Positions 47,166 to 57,373 of a stretch of DNA of 64,000 nt are shown here, piece after piece (positions within the stretch are counted from its first letter, which is position 1; each line of letters starts with the position of its first letter). The notes under the pieces were generated by a model. It was not told the origin of the DNA, did not search any database, and saw nothing but the letters and a program-made list of their open reading frames with translations. This DNA comes from an uncultured Actinomycetes bacterium (GTDB lineage Bacteria > Actinomycetota > Acidimicrobiia > Acidimicrobiales > JACCXE01). The stretch is from positions 1,262,150-1,326,149 of the forward strand of contig OY970363.1 in the NCBI GenBank assembly GCA_963718605.1, written 5' to 3'. The translations under genes and the position numbers were made by a program.

Positions 47166-47927
47166 CTAGCCGAGTTGCGATGCTGCTTCGTCGCGCGCGG
47201 CCAACGCTTCGTCGCGCGCGGCGTTCGCTTCTTCGACGGCCTGGCGCGCGACGTCGAGACGTTGCTCGGCCCGCCGCAGGCGGTGCGTTGCCTTCTCGAG
47301 CGCGGCTTCGCGCCCGGCGAGCCGCTTGACCGCGGCCTCGTCCACCACAGGTGCCGGTTCGGCTGGCGCGGGCTCGTCGGCAACCGCAACGGGCTCCGGC
47401 TCGAAGTGCTCGCGGGGGGCGCGCTCGGGTGGGTCCGGCATGCCGGCCAGGCCGAAGCCGCTCGGCTCGATCGCGGCGACGAGCCGCCCGGCCTTGAGCA
47501 CCTCCGCCAGTCCCCCGTCCGCGCTGGCCGCTTCGAACGTTGCCGCCGCGTCATCGCGGTACTGATCGCCGGCAAGCCGCGCCGCCGCAGTGGCTAGGGA
47601 CTGAATGCGCGCTCGCCAGTCGCGCGCGGCGGTGCGCAGCCCGCCGTCGTCCTTGCCCTGCACGGCTTTGGCTTGCGCGTCGCGGGCGGCCTGTCCCGCG
47701 GTGATCAACGCAGTGACGTCATCGGGTTCGCGTCGCACGACTTGGTTCACCGCCCACGCCACCGCGCTCGGCTTGCGCAAGGCTTTCACCGCCGCGGCCC
47801 CGGCCTTGTCGCCTGCTTTCTTCAACTCCTTCACGAGCGCGTCGCGGCGCGCAACGAACTCGGCTAGTTCGACGGCGAAGAGGTCATCGACGCCCGGCAA
47901 CGCGAAGACGTCCATCTCGTCGGTCAT
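47166..47927 (-). CDS. Actinobacterial-type helical hypothetical protein
   Basis: DDLFAVELAEFVARRDALVKELKKAG...LRKPSAVAWAVN...; C-terminal coiled coil; overlaps the copCD stop. Confidence 0.8.
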   Translation of the reverse strand: MTDEMDVFALPGVDDLFAVELAEFVARRDALVKELKKAGDKAGAAAVKALRKPSAVAWAVNQVVRREPDDVTALITAGQAARDAQAKAVQGKDDGGLRTAARDWRARIQSLATAAARLAGDQYRDDAAATFEAASADGGLAEVLKAGRLVAAIEPSGFGLAGMPDPPERAPREHFEPEPVAVADEPAPAEPAPVVDEAAVKRLAGREAALEKATHRLRRAEQRLDVARQAVEEANAARDEALAARDEAASQLG

Positions 47928-49570
47928 CGAATGTCGACCGTGCCTTCGAACACCTCTTCGTCGATCTCGCTGGTGCGCGCCGTCACGTCCATACGCCAGC
48001 GGCCTTTGATCGGCAGCACGAAGCTGAGCGACTGGTAATGACCGGGCCCCGCGTTCTCGAGCGTCACGGGGATCGGCGCGATTGCCTTGTCCGGCAGGCT
48101 CAGCTTGAGCGTCATCTCCTCGATCACTTTGGGCTGGCCCGCTTTCGTCAGCGTGTAGAGGTGAATCTCGTTCGCACCGGCTCGTCCGGGCGACACCGTG
48201 TAATCCACGAGCAGCGCCGTGCCGGTGAGTTCACCACTCTGGGGCGCAGCCGCCAGCACCTTCGCCGGCACGGCGTTCACGAGCAGGCCGGTGACGCTCA
48301 GCACTGCGACCGCGATCACCACCTCGAGACCGACCGACCGGCGAATCCGCGGCGCCGTGTCGGCCACCCACTTGGCCTGCGCGGCGCGGCGGCTGAACCA
48401 CGCCACGGCGAGCATCAGCGCGACCAGACCGGACTTGACGAGCAACAACTTCCCGTAGTCCGTGGACGTCAACGCGTCGCGCGTGCCGACCTGGCGGTAG
48501 CCCTGAAACAGGCCGGTGGCGACGAGCACGGTGATCGCCCAGAACGCCACCCGGGAGTACCGGCGCACGATGACCTTCACGATCTCGGAGCTGCCGTGCG
48601 GCAACACGAACAACACGAGAAAGACCAGTCCGCCGATCCACGTGGCCGCGGCGCCGACATGCACAACGTCAGCGATCAACGCGTAGGGCTCGTCCGAACC
48701 AATCGCGGCGTGCCCGGAGAAGCCCGGCGTGGCGGCGATTGCTCCGCCGACCATCAGCGCGATCCAGCGGAACCCCGGCGGCAGCGACGGTTGGCGCATC
48801 CAGAACAGCAGCGGCACGGCGAGCGCGAGCAACGCGAGGCGAATCAGATAGATCCGTCCGAAGCGCGTGTGCAGCACGCTGCTGAACACCGACGACTTGA
48901 ACGCGTCGGCCAGCCCGAGGCCACCCCCGTACGCACCTTGCAGACCGATGTTGAGCAGCGTCAGCAGCGCGAGCACGATGAGCGCGCCGAACAGCGTCCG
49001 CCCAACCGCCCGTGCGGTGGCCCCGTCGGGCCAGCACAGCAATACGAACGCGGCGCCTCCGAGCAGCACGAGCATCGCGGCGAAGGCGAGGGACCGGCCT
49101 GCGCCGTACAACACGCCGACGGTGTGCGAACCGCCGCGGCTCGCCAGGACACTCGCGACCTCCGTGTCCTTGACGGCCTTGGCCGCGCCAACCGTGAACG
49201 TGAATGCACCCTGGACCGGATGGCTGTCAGCAGAGATGACGCGCCACGTGACGACGTAGGCACCGTCGCGAAGTTTGGGCAGCTGCACCGACACCGCGGA
49301 GCCGGCGCCGGACGGATGGGTGATGGCGCCGGTGACGAGTCGCTTGCCGCTGGCGTTGAACACCCGCACCGCGCCCAGCGACACCTCGACGCTTTCACTG
49401 AATTGCAGCGTCACCTCGCGGGGCGCGGCATCGAGATGCGCGCCGTTCCGCGGCGTCGAGTCCTTCAGCGTCGCGTGGGCGGATGCAGCCGAAGCGAAAC
49501 CAAACAGCGCGCCGAGCGCGAGCGCGCACGCGACGACGAAGCGCAGCACGGTCGCTCGGCTCGGGCGCAC
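47924..49570 (-). CDS. CopC-CopD copper uptake fusion protein with a C-terminal YtkA-like domain
   Basis: ASA-HATL mature N-terminal His, WRVISADSHP, HAAIG, HVGAAATWIGG, YGKLLLVK. Confidence 0.9.
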   Translation of the reverse strand: MRPSRATVLRFVVACALALGALFGFASAASAHATLKDSTPRNGAHLDAAPREVTLQFSESVEVSLGAVRVFNASGKRLVTGAITHPSGAGSAVSVQLPKLRDGAYVVTWRVISADSHPVQGAFTFTVGAAKAVKDTEVASVLASRGGSHTVGVLYGAGRSLAFAAMLVLLGGAAFVLLCWPDGATARAVGRTLFGALIVLALLTLLNIGLQGAYGGGLGLADAFKSSVFSSVLHTRFGRIYLIRLALLALAVPLLFWMRQPSLPPGFRWIALMVGGAIAATPGFSGHAAIGSDEPYALIADVVHVGAAATWIGGLVFLVLFVLPHGSSEIVKVIVRRYSRVAFWAITVLVATGLFQGYRQVGTRDALTSTDYGKLLLVKSGLVALMLAVAWFSRRAAQAKWVADTAPRIRRSVGLEVVIAVAVLSVTGLLVNAVPAKVLAAAPQSGELTGTALLVDYTVSPGRAGANEIHLYTLTKAGQPKVIEEMTLKLSLPDKAIAPIPVTLENAGPGHYQSLSFVLPIKGRWRMDVTARTSEIDEEVFEGTVDIR

Positions 49571-49579
49571 CCCGTTGGT

Positions 49580-50257
49580 CTAGCTGGTCGTTGTGCCCGT
49601 CTTGTTGCGGCGCAGGCCCAACGCGATGGCAACCGCACCGAGCGCTATGCCGACGGCGCCAAGGGCTCGGCCGATACCGTCGCTCGAGTTGGCGTCGGTC
49701 GGCTCCTCCGCGGCACTCGCGTCATGCGAATCGCCGGTCGCCGCAGTCAGCGTGAGCACCGGCGCCGGGTGTTCCGGCTCCTCACCACTCGCAGGAGTCG
49801 CGTCGATCCACCGCACGACGTCACCGTTGTCATAGGTCTGGATCGCCTTGAACACCATGGAGTCGGCGGACTCAGGCAGCGGTCCGGCCGAGACGTCGAA
49901 CTCCTGGAATTCGCCGGGGCCGATCTTGCCGCCCGACCACGTGATCTTGCTGACCGCCTCGGTGACCTCGCCATCATCCGATGAGATCGGCTTAGCCAAC
50001 TTGGCCTTCTCCACCGCGACGGTCCAACCTGGAACGGGCTTCACCGAGGCGAAGGCGAGCGGCTCGTCGACCGGGAAGTTCACTTCGACCTTTACCGTGC
50101 TCGCCGTATCGGACTCTGTGGGCACGCGGAAGGTCAGCTTCGCAAACGAACCCTTGGCCGCCGAGGACGGGTTGACCGTGACGTGGGCAAAGGCCGGGAC
50201 GGACAGGACGAGCAACGCCAGTACGGCGCCACCAATGAGAACCAAACGATTACGCAT
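49580..50257 (-). CDS. YcnI (DUF1775) copper-binding membrane protein
   Basis: AFA-HVTV, FRVPTE, VKPVPGW, ITWSGG, FKAIQTY, PAPVL, C-terminal TM helix. Confidence 0.9.
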   Translation of the reverse strand: MRNRLVLIGGAVLALLVLSVPAFAHVTVNPSSAAKGSFAKLTFRVPTESDTASTVKVEVNFPVDEPLAFASVKPVPGWTVAVEKAKLAKPISSDDGEVTEAVSKITWSGGKIGPGEFQEFDVSAGPLPESADSMVFKAIQTYDNGDVVRWIDATPASGEEPEHPAPVLTLTAATGDSHDASAAEEPTDANSSDGIGRALGAVGIALGAVAIALGLRRNKTGTTTS

Positions 50258-50292
50258 GCGCCCGTAGTCCCGTCGGCGCGGCGAAAAGTTCC

Positions 50293-51447
50293 CTAGGACG
50301 TCGAAAAACGGGCGCGCAGCCATTCGATGATCGGTTCCATGGCTTCACGTTGGCGCCCCGTGAAGTAGTGCACCGCGCCCGCAATTTCGACGTACTCCTT
50401 GTCGGTCGCTCCGCTCGCCTCGTACGCGCCCCGAGCCTGGTGCAGTCGGATCTCGGTGTCCGCGGTCGGATGTACGAATAGCGACGGGATGGTGACCGCG
50501 GGCAGCGTCTCAGCCAGCGCCGCGTGCGAGCTCAAGCCCGACCAGGTGGACAGCCACCCGCGCGCGGTCATCACGCGGGCCAGGCCGCCGTAGCCGTAGT
50601 TGGCGTCGAGCGGGTCGGGAAACGCGAAGACCGAGCCCAGGGGCCGATCGTCGGGATCGATCGAGAGATCGAGATACGCGGGGTCCGCGAGCGTGCGGTA
50701 CGTGGTGATGTAGCGCGCGTGCACGGCGCGGCGGCGATCCGTCGCGGCTTCACGGTCGGCCAAGGCCTGCCGGGCGATCGCGTCGACGCGGGCTACGCGG
50801 TCGCGCTGCGCGGCGCGATATCGGCTCAGCCATGCCGCGTCGTAGGTGCACGGGTTCGGCCACGGGCGCCATCCGTTGTCGGCGCTGTACATGTCGAGTT
50901 CGGGGTCGAGCGAGAACGGGTCGCTCTCGTCGGTGACCGACGGGTCGATCACTTGCAGCATGAACACGCCTTCGCCCGGGTGCGCGGCCAGCGCGACGTA
51001 CGCATCACCGAGGTGTTCGCCGCGCCCGTCCATCGCCGTTTTCTCGGCCAACGCCATCAGCGATCCGCCGCCGGAGTTGCCGAGAAGCACGATGCGCTGT
51101 GCACCGCGTTCGCGCGCCTCGCCGACGAGGGTCTCGACATCGGTCACGCAGTTCTCATGCAGGCAGTCGATGTCGTTGTTGACATACCGGGTCGAGCCAC
51201 CGAGCACCGCGTAGCCGGCGGCGGCGAGCTGCGGCGCGGCGTAGTGCACCGAGAAGTCGCCGCGCGGGTGGGTGAGCACCACCGCCGTGTCCCACTGCTG
51301 TCCACCGGGCGGCGTCCAAAAGATGCCGCGCACCACGGCGCCGCCGGGACTGACGCCGAAAACTGGTTCGCGGCCGGGTTCCTTGGCCGGCGCTTCTGCG
51401 GGATCAGGCCAGTAGCCGAGGAACGGCTTCGGGCCAGATGGACTCAC
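50293..51447 (-). CDS. Alpha/beta hydrolase
   Basis: LLGNSGGG nucleophile elbow, DTE, HYF. Confidence 0.82.
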   Translation of the reverse strand: MSPSGPKPFLGYWPDPAEAPAKEPGREPVFGVSPGGAVVRGIFWTPPGGQQWDTAVVLTHPRGDFSVHYAAPQLAAAGYAVLGGSTRYVNNDIDCLHENCVTDVETLVGEARERGAQRIVLLGNSGGGSLMALAEKTAMDGRGEHLGDAYVALAAHPGEGVFMLQVIDPSVTDESDPFSLDPELDMYSADNGWRPWPNPCTYDAAWLSRYRAAQRDRVARVDAIARQALADREAATDRRRAVHARYITTYRTLADPAYLDLSIDPDDRPLGSVFAFPDPLDANYGYGGLARVMTARGWLSTWSGLSSHAALAETLPAVTIPSLFVHPTADTEIRLHQARGAYEASGATDKEYVEIAGAVHYFTGRQREAMEPIIEWLRARFSTS

Positions 51448-51986
51448 GCGTTGTTGTACGCGGCCGCCATGTGGAACTCGACCTTCGGGTCGGGGTCGAA
51501 CGTCGGGTTCGTCTCGAGCAACCGCTTCTGCGCTTCGGCCCGGTCGTTGTCGTCGAACTCGCGGGTGGTGCAGCAGAACTCGACGAGGATCCCGTTTGGA
51601 TCGTCGGTGTAGATCGACACGCAGAACTCATGGTCGATCTCGACCACGTCGTAGCCGTTGGCCAACCAGCGGTCACGCGCCACGGCAATGTCATCGAGCG
51701 TCGGCGCGTCGAAGGCCAGGTGGTTGACCCACGCGGGCAGATTCAGGTCCTTCGAGATCGCCGTCTTCACGTCGAGCTTCGCGTCCGACGCGTCGTGCAG
51801 CTCCCAGAACGCGATCATCGCGTTGTCGCTGCCGCGACCAGTGTCGTAGAAGAAGTGCTTGGCCCACCCGCCCTCAGGCGAAGCGCCGACCACGACCTTC
51901 GCGAGCGAGAACCCCATCGCGTCGGTGTAGAAGCGGTGAGTGGCCTCGGTGTCCTTGCTGGCAAACGCAACGTGATGAAAACCCAT
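51444..51986 (-). CDS. VOC/glyoxalase family protein
   Basis: [25 protein letters not shown]. Confidence 0.88.
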   Translation of the reverse strand: MGFHHVAFASKDTEATHRFYTDAMGFSLAKVVVGASPEGGWAKHFFYDTGRGSDNAMIAFWELHDASDAKLDVKTAISKDLNLPAWVNHLAFDAPTLDDIAVARDRWLANGYDVVEIDHEFCVSIYTDDPNGILVEFCCTTREFDDNDRAEAQKRLLETNPTFDPDPKVEFHMAAAYNNA

Positions 51987-52017
51987 GCCTACAGGTTCGC
52001 AGATTTAGGTTGGGCAA

Positions 52018-52917
52018 GTGCAGCGACTCTCGCGTCAGCAGGCCACTGTGGCCTTGGCGCTCACCTGCACGGCCTGGGGGACGGTGCCGCTCATCGTTCG
52101 CAGCGTCCACTTGCCCGCCGCGGCGATTGTCGCCGCCCGGTTCTGGTGTGGCGCGTTGTTCCTCACCGCGGTGATCGCGCAGGAGCGGAGGACGGATCGA
52201 CCGACGGGCCCACCGGTGTGGTCGGTGCAGCGCGGCCGTGCCGGCGCCGTGTGCCTGGTGCTGCTCGCGCACTGGTTGTGCGAGATCGCGGCGTACCAAC
52301 ACGCGCCGGTCGGTACCGCGCTGTTCATTATTTTCTTGGCGCCGATCGGCGTCGCCGCGCTCGCGCCGCGGATACTCGGCGAGCGGCTCGACGCCCGCAC
52401 GGTGGCCGCGCTGGCGCTCGCCGTCGCCGGTTTCGCGTTGATGTCGCGCAACGCCTTGAAAGCGAGTGGTGCCGACGGCCTGCTGCTGTCGCTCGCAGCC
52501 GCAATCACGTTCGTCGCCCTCATTCTGTTGAACAAGCCTTTGGCCGATACGTACGGCGGCATCCGCGCCGCGCAAATGCAGATGACCGGGGCCGGACTGA
52601 TGATCATCCCGATCGTCGCGTTCAGCGTGCACTTCCCGTCGCCCGAAGTGTCGTGGCTTTGGCTGATCGTGTTGGGAGTGGTGCACACCGGGATCGCGAT
52701 CGCGGTGTACCTGACCGCCCTGTCGATCGTCGGGGCGACGAGGACCGGCGTGCTGGGTTATCTCGAGCCGGCGACAGCCGTAGGGTGGGCGTGGCTCGTG
52801 CTGGGCGAGAAGCCGGCGCTGGTCACCCTGATTGGCGGCGCGGCGATTCTCGGCGCAGGCTTGCTAGTCGTGAAGAACGAAACACCGGAACTGGAGGTTG
52901 CGGGTGTTACTGGCTGA
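52018..52917 (+). CDS. EamA/DMT family transporter
   Basis: About 10 TM helices; ILGER, LGYLEP, VLGEKP. Confidence 0.9.
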   Translation: MQRLSRQQATVALALTCTAWGTVPLIVRSVHLPAAAIVAARFWCGALFLTAVIAQERRTDRPTGPPVWSVQRGRAGAVCLVLLAHWLCEIAAYQHAPVGTALFIIFLAPIGVAALAPRILGERLDARTVAALALAVAGFALMSRNALKASGADGLLLSLAAAITFVALILLNKPLADTYGGIRAAQMQMTGAGLMIIPIVAFSVHFPSPEVSWLWLIVLGVVHTGIAIAVYLTALSIVGATRTGVLGYLEPATAVGWAWLVLGEKPALVTLIGGAAILGAGLLVVKNETPELEVAGVTG

Positions 52918-53131
52918 CAGCGGATTCCTACTGGGCGACAACCTCTTGCCCCTGCTCGTGCTCGCGCTCGGAGGCGCGATGGCCTTCGGCAACATCCTGG
53001 CAATCGTGCGCCCGCCGGCGAATCCGAAAGCGGGCGACTTGGCCGCTGCGCCCAAAGGGCGCAGCATCGCGATGGCGTCGATCGGCTTGCTCGCCGCCCT
53101 GTGGGCTGTCGCGTCCCTACTTAAGGGCTGA
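52898..53131 (+). CDS. Small two-TM hypothetical membrane protein
   Basis: Two hydrophobic segments; overlaps the EamA stop. Confidence 0.6.
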   Translation: MRVLLADSGFLLGDNLLPLLVLALGGAMAFGNILAIVRPPANPKAGDLAAAPKGRSIAMASIGLLAALWAVASLLKG

Positions 53132-53135
53132 CGCC

Positions 53136-53327
53136 CTACGCCCCGCCCTTCGGGGCGGCGGAGGAACCGTGGGGCTGGGCCGGAGATGTGAGCCACGCCC
53201 ACGCCTCCGCGAGGTTGACCAGTTGGGCAGACGTGGCGCCTTCGGCGCGCGCCCGAATCGTCTCGAAAAGCGCTACACGCGCCTCGAAACCGGCGCGGTT
53301 TAGTGCCTCTGACTGCTGCTCATCCAC
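53136..53327 (-). CDS. Small hypothetical protein (63 aa)
   Basis: Amphipathic helices ending LAEAWAWLTSPAQPHG; GGAGG SD upstream. Confidence 0.7.
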   Translation of the reverse strand: MDEQQSEALNRAGFEARVALFETIRARAEGATSAQLVNLAEAWAWLTSPAQPHGSSAAPKGGA

Positions 53328-53409
53328 TTCGTGATCCTCCGTAACTCCCGCTGCCGTCGACCAGGTTGGGCCTACCGGTCAGGAGTGAGCGAACGACTTT
53401 ACCGGTCCG

Positions 53410-53820
53410 TCAAGCAGCTGGCACCTCAGATGTGCAATGCGCGCACTTGCTCGCGGCCAAGGGGATGGCACTGAGGCAATACGGGCAGTCTTTTGTCGAC
53501 GGATCGGCATCGGAGACTTCTCCCCGGTTGCGCCGCGCCGTAAACGCATTGAGCGGCTTCACCACGAGGAAGAACACCGCGGCAGCGACGATCACGAAGG
53601 TTATGACGGCATCGATAACGAGGCCGTAATAGAACTGGCTGTGACGGATCGCAAACGACCACTCCGAGAAGTGGCTCTTGCCGGGGATCGTCACGAGCGG
53701 CGTGATGAGGTTCGTGACTAGCGAGTCGATGACCTTCGCGAACGCGCTGCCGATGACCACGGCTACCGCGAGGTCAACGACGTTGCCTTTCGAGATGAAC
53801 GCTTTGAAGTCTTTCAACAC
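53410..53820 (-). CDS. mscL: Large-conductance mechanosensitive channel with a C-terminal CxxC...CxxC ribbon
   Basis: LKDFKAFISKGNVVDLAVAVVIG; CPYC...CAHC. Confidence 0.95.
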   Translation of the reverse strand: MLKDFKAFISKGNVVDLAVAVVIGSAFAKVIDSLVTNLITPLVTIPGKSHFSEWSFAIRHSQFYYGLVIDAVITFVIVAAAVFFLVVKPLNAFTARRNRGEVSDADPSTKDCPYCLSAIPLAASKCAHCTSEVPAA

Positions 53821-53859
53821 GCGCGGCTCCTTTTCTAGGGCAGGCCGTTAGCTTCGCGC

Positions 53860-55230
53860 CTAGGCCCAGACGGCGGCATGGCTGCCGAGCGGTGCCACCG
53901 GAAGGCGCCACCGACCGGGAGTCTTCGATAGCTGCGCGACTGGCGTCATGTGTGACAACTCACCGAACCCAGTCCGGGTCGTCGTTAGCCACGGCGAGGT
54001 ATCACCGAGGCCCGTCGCGGCCGACGGGTCCATGCTCGGCCCGTCCTCGGCGATCCACATGGCGGTCTGACACAGGGATGCGCGCACGTGGTACGAGCCC
54101 CCTTCGATGGAGCGCCGGCGCAGCGCGGCCATGGTGCCAAGCGCGGCGAGATACCCGGTGGTGTAGTCCGCGGCCGCCGCAGCCAACAGCCGGGGCGCGC
54201 CAGGCGAACCCTCCGCCGCGGCGATGCCGGTGACGGTTTGGGCCAACTGCTCCCAACCGGGACGCAGCCGCCACGGGCCGACGTCGCCGTAACAATTGAT
54301 GGTGACCGCAACGATTCCGGGATTGATGCCGACGAGGTCTTCGGGGCTGAAGCCGCGCTGGGCGAGCGCGTCGCCGCGGTAGCCCTGAGAGAACACGTCC
54401 GCATCGGCGACCAACTGGCGGAGTCGGTCCGCATCGGCCGGCGCGTTCAGATCCAGAGACGCCGCACGTTTGCCGTGGCCGGTGTCCATCACGAACGCCG
54501 GCACGTTGTCGAGGTGGTCGCCGTTGATGTGCAGGACATCGGCACCGTGCTCGGCCAGTATGCGGGCGTTGGTCGGCCCCGCCAACACACGCGTGAGGTC
54601 GAGCACGCGCAAGCCGCCCAGCGGCGACGACGCGTCGCCGGCGGGCACGACCGGACCGTCAGCAATCTTTTCGACCGCCACGCGACCGAGGGGTGCGATC
54701 GCGTCGCGCTGAGGATGCGCGGCCCACTCGTCGGCGGAGCGGACCATCGCACCGCAAGCGCCGACCGACGCGAGCGCGTCCTCGAGGTCCGGCGCAGTGA
54801 AGCGCTTGACGCGTGAAGCGATCGACTCGGCGTCTTGATCGACCTCCCCGCCGATCACGTCCACGGTTCGCTGTGCGAGACGCGGAAACGCGCCGTGCAG
54901 GTGCACCCACCGCCCGTCACCGCACTCGTACAGCGCCACCAAGGGCAGGCCCGCAGCCGTGCGCAGCGGCGTGTCGCCGTCGAGCTTCTGCAGCAGGAAG
55001 CTGATGAGCGACGCCTCGGCACGGCGCTGCTCGACGAATACCTCCTGGGCTTCACCGGTCCGGTCTCGCCAGAGCGTGGCGGCCGCGACACCGCACGCCC
55101 CGAGCGCCGCCGCTGCGCGTGCACCGATGGGGAACTTGGCGGGCAGCACTGCGGGCCCGTCCTCGATTGTCAGAGCCGCCGCGTCGGTGGGAAGTCCCAC
55201 CTCCTGCAACAACTCCGATGCGCCGCGCAT
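53860..55230 (-). CDS. CaiB/BaiF family III CoA-transferase
   Basis: RVLDLTRVLAGP, LAEHGADV, DTGHGKRA, ADVFSQGYR, DYTTGY; start MRGASE, TGATG overlap. Confidence 0.9.
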   Translation of the reverse strand: MRGASELLQEVGLPTDAAALTIEDGPAVLPAKFPIGARAAAALGACGVAAATLWRDRTGEAQEVFVEQRRAEASLISFLLQKLDGDTPLRTAAGLPLVALYECGDGRWVHLHGAFPRLAQRTVDVIGGEVDQDAESIASRVKRFTAPDLEDALASVGACGAMVRSADEWAAHPQRDAIAPLGRVAVEKIADGPVVPAGDASSPLGGLRVLDLTRVLAGPTNARILAEHGADVLHINGDHLDNVPAFVMDTGHGKRAASLDLNAPADADRLRQLVADADVFSQGYRGDALAQRGFSPEDLVGINPGIVAVTINCYGDVGPWRLRPGWEQLAQTVTGIAAAEGSPGAPRLLAAAAADYTTGYLAALGTMAALRRRSIEGGSYHVRASLCQTAMWIAEDGPSMDPSAATGLGDTSPWLTTTRTGFGELSHMTPVAQLSKTPGRWRLPVAPLGSHAAVWA

Positions 55231-55853
55231 CAGAACAGCCCGCCGACGACGTTGATGAGCACTGCGATGAACGCCGTCGCGAACACGAAGGACAGAATCG
55301 CGTGGCGCAGCACGGCGCGGCGGACCGGTCGGCTCGTGATGTTCGTGTCCGACACTTGGTAGGTCATGCCGACCGTGAAAGCGAGATACGCGAAGTCGAG
55401 GTAGTCCGGCGCGTCGTCGCTGTTGAAGTCGATGCCGACCGGCGTCTGCACGTCGTAGTACAGCCGCGCGTACCGCAGCGTGTAGATCGTCTGCACCACC
55501 GTCCACGCGAACGCCACGCTGAGCACCCCGAGCACGGTGAACAGGAATTTCGAGACGCCGTCCGTGCCGCTCGCCTTCTGCAACACCATCGCCACGCCGA
55601 CCAGGCTGGCGCCCGCCGCCACGATCAGCGTCACGTCGGCGGCCAACAGCGACGGATCCTCGCGGCGCGCCAATTCCTGCGTCTGTTTCGCGTCGAGTGA
55701 CGCGGCGCGCGATGCGAAGCCGAGGAAGGTGATCGCGGCACCGACCCAACCGAGTAACGCCGCGGCTTGCCACGGCACGAGGAACGACGCCACGGCTCCG
55801 ACGACCGCGCCGACTATCCCGGCCACGAGCAGTCGGAGGTTCGCGCCGAGCAT
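55230..55853 (-). CDS. DUF1345 family membrane protein
   Basis: YARLYY, PDYLDFAYLAFTVGMTYQVSD, VLRHAILSF. Confidence 0.9.
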   Translation of the reverse strand: MLGANLRLLVAGIVGAVVGAVASFLVPWQAAALLGWVGAAITFLGFASRAASLDAKQTQELARREDPSLLAADVTLIVAAGASLVGVAMVLQKASGTDGVSKFLFTVLGVLSVAFAWTVVQTIYTLRYARLYYDVQTPVGIDFNSDDAPDYLDFAYLAFTVGMTYQVSDTNITSRPVRRAVLRHAILSFVFATAFIAVLINVVGGLF

Positions 55854-55862
55854 CGGCCGAGC

Positions 55863-56567
55863 CTAGGAGCCTGTTTGCTCCGCCAGACGGGCGGACCCGA
55901 GATCGGCCCGGTCCGCGGCGGCGTGGCCTGACAGCAACCCGCCCCGGTGGCTCAGCGTGGGGCGCTTCGTGCGCAGCGAGGCCCACGTTTCGTCCACGAA
56001 CGCGTCGACGTCCTCGCTGCGTTGTTCCATCACGGGCACGAGCGCGGTGCCGTAGACGTTCTCGGCTTCGTCAGTCGTGGCCCGACGCGCTTCGTCGAGT
56101 CGGGCACCGATGCGCGAGCCATACGCGACGAAGAACGCATGACGGAAGGCGCGCAGGCGGCCGTCCGTTATCCGGGTCGCGGCGAGGTGCATTTCACGCG
56201 TGGCCTGCACCAGCAACGACGCGAACAACACCTCGGTGACATCTATGTCCGAGGTGAAGCCGACGAGGGTCACGTCGTCGCGGCCCGTAACAACGCGCAC
56301 GTCATTCGCAGCCGCGACCGCCGCGAGCAGTGACACCTTCGCGCTCTTGTACGGGTCAGGAATCGTGACCGGCCGCAGAACGGGTCTGTCGCCCCGGTGG
56401 CGAGGCCCGGCGGTGGCCATCGCCTCGTCGATCGCGTGGCGGGTCATCAGTTCTTGCGCCTTCGCGATGAACGCGGCGGCTTCTTCGGGGAAGGGCGTTG
56501 ACTCGGCCTTGGCGAGCAGCGCCTGGACCTTGGCCAACATTTTCTGATTGTTGGGTGGCAAGGACAT
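55863..56567 (-). CDS. DUF2786 domain protein
   Basis: KMLAKVQALLAKAEST.FPEEA..F.AKAQELM.RHAI. Confidence 0.88.
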   Translation of the reverse strand: MSLPPNNQKMLAKVQALLAKAESTPFPEEAAAFIAKAQELMTRHAIDEAMATAGPRHRGDRPVLRPVTIPDPYKSAKVSLLAAVAAANDVRVVTGRDDVTLVGFTSDIDVTEVLFASLLVQATREMHLAATRITDGRLRAFRHAFFVAYGSRIGARLDEARRATTDEAENVYGTALVPVMEQRSEDVDAFVDETWASLRTKRPTLSHRGGLLSGHAAADRADLGSARLAEQTGS

Positions 56568-56573
56568 GCGGTG

Positions 56574-56595
56574 AACCTAACCAGAGGGTGTTACG
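56574..56595 (-). promoter_or_regulatory. Degenerate RecA-NDp-like leaderless promoter of the DUF2786 gene
   Basis: CGTAAC-ACCCTCTGGT-TAGGTT, six nt before the ATG. Confidence 0.4.
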
Positions 56596-57112
56596 AGCAA
56601 CTCCCGCCGAGATGCACGACCGACCCAGAACTCGCGAGGCCGAGCGCGCTCAGCCCGCCCAGCGGCGTCTCGATCGCATAGCGATACGGATCCTTCGACG
56701 CGTACGTCGGGCAGTCGACGCCCTCGGGGCACGCGTCCATGGTGGTGGTGTCCACGAGTCGGCCCTGGGCGTCATACCAACCGATGGCCAGGTCGATCGG
56801 CACGAAGTGATTCGTGAACTGCGTCGTCACGTCCGATCCGAACGCGAACACCATGGCGTCGTAGCCGCCCAGGTCGGTCCGCTGCTGCATCCCCTGCTGT
56901 TGTGCATCTTGGGTCGCGGCCAGCAGCGCGCAATAGAGGTCCGGGTTATCGCCAACCCGGAATCGCACCGAGCTGAACGGTGGGACCACGGGGCGCTGGA
57001 CCACCGCGGTAGGTAGATCGTCCGGGTCGTCGTTCAGCGACCGGTAAATCACCACGCCCGTGCCGATCACGGCCGGCAATACCAACGCGAGCGCGACCAC
57101 AATCGCGATCAC
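56591..57112 (-). CDS. DUF192 family membrane-anchored protein
   Basis: LLAAT...QQGMQ.R, MVFAF, FTNHFVPIDLAI, YAIE. Confidence 0.85.
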   Translation of the reverse strand: MIAIVVALALVLPAVIGTGVVIYRSLNDDPDDLPTAVVQRPVVPPFSSVRFRVGDNPDLYCALLAATQDAQQQGMQQRTDLGGYDAMVFAFGSDVTTQFTNHFVPIDLAIGWYDAQGRLVDTTTMDACPEGVDCPTYASKDPYRYAIETPLGGLSALGLASSGSVVHLGGSCS

Positions 57113-57175
57113 CTTGAGGTGCAGCCGCGAAGGCAGCGGCTCGTCGTCGTCGAAGTCGAAGTCGCTGATCGCGCG

Positions 57176-57373
57176 TTAGCCCGCGGTGCGGTGAACTACG
57201 AGCGACAGAAACCCGAGCGCGGTACCGCTAACGACGGGGTCGATCGGACGGTTGGCGCCGAGGATGAACCACTCGAGCATCCCGAGCGCGAACAGCGTCC
57301 AGGTGATCACCCAAAGAACGCGATGCGCAGTGTGCGGAATCGGCGCGTCGGCGGGGTATTCGCTGTCTCTCAC
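57176..57373 (-). CDS. Small two-TM hypothetical protein
   Basis: Two hydrophobic helices; GTGA overlap with the panB stop. Confidence 0.6.
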   Translation of the reverse strand: MRDSEYPADAPIPHTAHRVLWVITWTLFALGMLEWFILGANRPIDPVVSGTALGFLSLVVHRTAG

